Positions 60,654 to 64,000 of a stretch of DNA of 64,000 bases are shown here, piece after piece. A program made the translations under genes and the position numbers. The notes below the pieces were generated by a model that worked only from the letters and a program-made list of their open reading frames with translations, had not been told where the DNA came from and made no database searches. This stretch comes from an uncultured Nocardioidaceae bacterium (GTDB lineage: Bacteria; Actinomycetota; Actinomycetes; Propionibacteriales; Nocardioidaceae). The stretch is taken from assembly GCA_902805845.1 (NCBI GenBank), contig CADCUI010000001.1:140592-204591 (forward strand), written 5' to 3'. Position 1 is the first letter of the stretch. Each line of letters opens with the position of its first letter.

Positions 60654-62024
60654 CTACTGCTCCTCGTCACTGTCGAGCGTGGCTGTCAACGTGACGCTCT
60701 CGCCGGAGCGGCTCACGGTGAGCTCGACCTCGTCCCCCGGCCGGTAGCCGCGGATGGTGGCCACCAGGGACTCCACCCCGGTGATGGCGTGGTCGTCGAC
60801 ACGGGTGACCACGTCGCTGGCCCGCAACCCGGCCGCCTCGGCGGCGGAGCCCTCGTTGACCGACGCGATCCGGGCGCCGGTCACGAGACCGCCGTCGACG
60901 CCGTCCTGGCCATCTCCTCCGAGGTCGTCGCCCTCGAGACCGCCCTCGGAACCGCCCTGAGCGCCCGCGTTGGCCGCGGTGACGCCGAGCTGGGCGTGGG
61001 TCGGGGTCTCCTCGTTGCGCAGCTGCTCGACGATCGGCAGCACGTTGGTCAGCGGGATCGCGAAGCCCAGGCCGATGGAGCCGCCTTCGCTCCCGAGCCC
61101 GGCGCTGGCGGTCCGGATCGAGGAGTTGATCCCGACGACCTGGCCGGCAAGGTTGACCAGCGGGCCTCCGGAGTTGCCGGGGTTGATCGCCGCGTCGGTC
61201 TGGACCGCGGGGTAGACGGTGGCCTCCTCGTCGCTCCCGCCCACCGTGACCGGCCGGTTGAGCGAGCTGACGATGCCGCTGGTCACGGTGGCGTCGAGCC
61301 CGAACGGCGAACCGATCGCGACCACACCCTCCCCGACGTCGAGCGCGTCGGAGTCGCCGAGCTCGGCCGCCGTGAGGCCGGAGACGTCCTGGGCCCTGAT
61401 GACCGCGAGATCGGTGACCGGATCGGTGCCGACGACCGTGGCAGGAGCGGTGCTGCCGTCGTCGAAGCTCACCGTCAGCTGGCCGCCGTCGGCGGCCACG
61501 TCCACGACGTGGTTGTTGGTGAGGATGTCGCCGTCCTCACTGAGGATGACTCCCGAGCCGGACCCCGCGCCGCCGGAGCTGACGACGTCGATCTTGACCA
61601 CCGAGGGCAGCACCCGAGCCGCGACCGCCTCCGGCGAGCCCTCAGGGGCGGTCGCGTCGGTCGCGTCGGTAGAGCCGGACGACGATCCGCGGTTCAACGA
61701 GGTCGACGACCCCTCCTCGGACCGGGCAACCGTGGACGTGCCGGTCGCCGACGTCGTGTCGTCGTCGACCGCGTCGTAGGCCGCTGCGCCTGCGAAGCCG
61801 CCGGCGCCGCCCGCCACCAGCGCCGCCGCGAGCAGGGCTGCGGCGCCGGCGCGCGAGCGGCGCCGTGGGGCAGGGGACGGGGGGCTCCCCGGAGGGGTGC
61901 TGCCCCCCGGGGCGTCCCATGAGGGAGGGATCACGGTGGTGTGCTCCGTGGTCGTCTGCGCAGCAGTAGGCGCGGCGGGGTCTGGCCGGTCGGCAGGGCC
62001 GTACCCGGAGGGATTCGAGGTCAT
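60654..62024 (-). CDS. pepD: HtrA/PepD-like S1C serine protease with PDZ domain
   Basis: ILTNNHVV (His), TDAAINPGNSGGPLV (Ser) and a C-terminal PDZ-like region. ATGA overlap with the upstream kinase stop. Confidence 0.85.
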   Translation of the reverse strand: MTSNPSGYGPADRPDPAAPTAAQTTTEHTTVIPPSWDAPGGSTPPGSPPSPAPRRRSRAGAAALLAAALVAGGAGGFAGAAAYDAVDDDTTSATGTSTVARSEEGSSTSLNRGSSSGSTDATDATAPEGSPEAVAARVLPSVVKIDVVSSGGAGSGSGVILSEDGDILTNNHVVDVAADGGQLTVSFDDGSTAPATVVGTDPVTDLAVIRAQDVSGLTAAELGDSDALDVGEGVVAIGSPFGLDATVTSGIVSSLNRPVTVGGSDEEATVYPAVQTDAAINPGNSGGPLVNLAGQVVGINSSIRTASAGLGSEGGSIGLGFAIPLTNVLPIVEQLRNEETPTHAQLGVTAANAGAQGGSEGGLEGDDLGGDGQDGVDGGLVTGARIASVNEGSAAEAAGLRASDVVTRVDDHAITGVESLVATIRGYRPGDEVELTVSRSGESVTLTATLDSDEEQ

Positions 62025-63412
62025 GCATCGAGGATGACCGGCGATGCTGAGCCCTCACTGAAAGCCGGATAGTCCTTCGCTGGCAGCCGCAACCAGAACG
62101 CCGCACCGCCACCAGGTGCCGCGCCGGCCCACGCCGCCCCGCCGTGGCGCTCGGCGACAGCCCGGACGATCGACAGTCCGAGCCCGGAGCCGGGCATGGT
62201 CCGCGACTCCGGGGACCGGTAGAACCGCTCGAACACCTGCGGCAGGTCCTCCTCGGCGATCCCGGGCCCCTCGTCGGCGACGTAGAGGGTCCCGTCCGCG
62301 AGCTGGACCGTCACCACCCCTCCGGGCGGGCTCCACTTCGCGGCGTTGTCGAGCAGGTTGGTGACGGCCCGCTCCAACGACACCGGCTCCCCGGTCAAGG
62401 GGTGCGGTTCCACGTGCACGTCGAACCCGATACCGGTCGCCCGGCGACGCACCCGCTCCACGGCGTGCTCGACGACGTCGGCCAGGTCGACCGGCTGGAG
62501 GCGCGCCTCCACGTGATCGTCCCGGGCCAGCTCGGTGAGGTCACCGATCAGCGTGGTCAGCTCGTCGATCTGGAAGCGGACGTCGGCCATCAGCTCGGCG
62601 CGTGCCTCCTCCGACAAGCCGCCGCGGGAGTCGGCCTGGATCAGGAGGTCGAGGTTGGTGCGCATGGAGGTGAGGGGGGTGCGCAGCTCGTGGCCGGCGT
62701 CGGCGACCAGCTGACGTTGCCGGCGACGGCTGCCCTCGAGCGCGGTCAGCATCGTGTTGAAGGCGACCGCGAGCCTGCTCACCTCGTCGTTGCCCTGCAC
62801 GGCGATCGGCTCCAGCCGTTCGGTGCGCGCAATCTCCGCGACCGCCTCGCTCAGCCGGCGCACCGGTCGCAGGCCGTTGCGTGCCACCGCCCAGCCGGCG
62901 ATACCCGCACCGACCACCCCGAGCAGCCCGAAGGTCGTGAGGATGAGACCGAGGCGCCTCAACGACTCCTCGGTGGCGTCGAGTGACTGGCTGAGCACGA
63001 ACGCGGTGCCGGGCTGGAGCCCGACCGCGGCCACCCGCCAGCGCTGGCCGTCGCTGGTGACGGTGCGCAGGGAGTACTCCCGCTCGCCGGCGGCGACCGC
63101 GACCTCCTCCGGTGAGGGGTCGACGGAGCTGTTGTCCGACGGCTCGTCGAGCCTGCCGTCGGCGTAGACGACGCCGTACCGCATGTCGGCGATCTCCAGC
63201 ATCCACATCGAGGCCGGCGGGTCACTCAGCCGCACCGCTTCCGGGTTGCGGGCCAGCCTGGCCGCCCGCTCGACGAGTGACTGGTCGAGCGTCGAGACGA
63301 GCTGGTGCTGCACGGTGAGGTACGCCGCCGCGGCGACCCCGGCCACCGACAGCGCGACCGCGATCGACGCCAGCAACGCCACCCGGGCGGCGAGCGTGCC
63401 CCGGAACCTCAT
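62021..63412 (-). CDS. mprB: Two-component sensor histidine kinase (MprB-like)
   Basis: Two TM segments, a HAMP domain, the H-box ADAGHELRTPLTS, and HATPase motifs (DNAAKWS, DEGPGI, GSGLGLSIV). Confidence 0.85.
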   Translation of the reverse strand: MRFRGTLAARVALLASIAVALSVAGVAAAAYLTVQHQLVSTLDQSLVERAARLARNPEAVRLSDPPASMWMLEIADMRYGVVYADGRLDEPSDNSSVDPSPEEVAVAAGEREYSLRTVTSDGQRWRVAAVGLQPGTAFVLSQSLDATEESLRRLGLILTTFGLLGVVGAGIAGWAVARNGLRPVRRLSEAVAEIARTERLEPIAVQGNDEVSRLAVAFNTMLTALEGSRRRQRQLVADAGHELRTPLTSMRTNLDLLIQADSRGGLSEEARAELMADVRFQIDELTTLIGDLTELARDDHVEARLQPVDLADVVEHAVERVRRRATGIGFDVHVEPHPLTGEPVSLERAVTNLLDNAAKWSPPGGVVTVQLADGTLYVADEGPGIAEEDLPQVFERFYRSPESRTMPGSGLGLSIVRAVAERHGGAAWAGAAPGGGAAFWLRLPAKDYPAFSEGSASPVILDA

Positions 63413-63430
63413 GCGGGCCTCACGCGGGGC

Positions 63431-64000
63431 TCATCCGCTCTCCCGGAGCACGTAGCCGACGCCGCGGACGGTGTGCAGCAGCCGTGACTCACCCTCTGCC
63501 TCGGTCTTGCGGCGGAGGTAGCCGATGTAGACCTCCAAGGAGTTCGCGGTCGTCGGGAAGTCGTAGCCCCACACCTCCTCCAGGATGAACGACCGGTCGA
63601 GCACCCGACGGGGCCGGCGCATGAACATCTCGAGCAGCGCGAACTCCGTGCGGGTGAGGTCGATGGGCCGCTCGCTCCGGCGTACCTCCCGGGTGGCGGG
63701 GTTCAGCATGAGGTCGGCGAACGTCAGCGTCTCCGCGTCGAGGTCCTCCCCGCCGTGCCGGTCGTCCCCGGCCGGCGTACGCCGCAGCAGTGCCCTGAGC
63801 CTGGCCAGCAGCTCCTCGAGCGCGAACGGCTTGGTGAGGTAGTCGTCGGCGCCGGCGTCGAGGCCGTCGACGCGGTCGCCGACGGAGTCCCGAGCGGTCA
63901 GCACCAGGATCGGCAGGTCGTTGCCCGCCGACCGGAGGGCCTTGGTGGCCTCGATCCCGTCCAGCCGGGGCATCATCACGTCCATGACGACGACGTCCGG
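63431..64000 (-). CDS. mprA: OmpR-family response regulator (MprA-like), N-terminus outside window
   Basis: A receiver-domain remainder ([18 protein letters not shown]) and a winged-helix output domain ([10 protein letters not shown]...VRGVGYVL). The frame is open to the window edge. Confidence 0.88.
   Translation of the reverse strand, partial: PDVVVMDVMMPRLDGIEATKALRSAGNDLPILVLTARDSVGDRVDGLDAGADDYLTKPFALEELLARLRALLRRTPAGDDRHGGEDLDAETLTFADLMLNPATREVRRSERPIDLTRTEFALLEMFMRRPRRVLDRSFILEEVWGYDFPTTANSLEVYIGYLRRKTEAEGESRLLHTVRGVGYVLRESG

Noticed and set aside
1-64000. A search for tRNA, rRNA, transposases, integrases, prophage modules, toxin-antitoxin pairs and restriction-modification genes.
   Set aside because: I found no T-loop/acceptor-like tRNA signatures, no rRNA-like conserved stretches, and no ORF with DDE, tyrosine or serine recombinase, phage structural, or methyltransferase/endonuclease motifs.

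Overview
Very high-GC (roughly 70% by eye) actinobacterial chromosomal DNA. Gene content (mprA-mprB-pepD order, class II HelD-like helicase, frequent GTG starts, 4-nt start/stop overlaps) fits a Nocardioides/Propionibacteriales-like organism, but that is only an inference. I call 57 protein genes. They are mostly core metabolism and transport: an ABC-2 exporter, recC-recB-recD, a glycine-betaine-type ABC importer, arginine deiminase with larB/larC, a TerC exporter, a CDF transporter, a polar amino acid ABC importer, fadA/fadB beta-oxidation genes, chorismate-aminating enzymes, and the MprAB-PepD envelope stress module. I saw no rRNA, tRNA, CRISPR array, transposase, integrase, phage genes or recognisable defence or toxin-antitoxin island. 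Most of the very long ORFs in the six-frame track are antisense or N-terminally extended GC artefacts. What the gene list does not explain is small-scale repeat structure. (1) A 22-nt repeat family (consensus near GCCGACCCGCCCCTCATGTCTG) occurs at eight loci as tandem arrays or palindromes. At two loci, mirror-image arrays bracket one complete gene each (a CoA-transferase and a VOC gene). At one locus an 'empty' palindrome fills a convergent intergenic gap. Two copies lie in frame inside the pabB-like gene. (2) A second family (core GAGTCGGCGC-NNN-TGCACGC, 32-nt period) occurs at three intergenic loci and once inside the pirin CDS. (3) A 400-bp non-coding region downstream of helD holds a cluster of hairpins with CCCCCC loops, resembling 6C sRNA. 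(4) A probable yybP-ykoY Mn2+ riboswitch precedes terC. (5) There are several short tandem repeats: an in-frame 15-nt x5 repeat, a 13-nt repeat, and a 10-nt phased repeat. A three-gene cluster directly after recD encodes two paralogous sulfotransferase-like proteins and a degenerate third copy; it is the most notable uncharacterised protein module. All functional calls come from motif recognition in the translations, with no database search.
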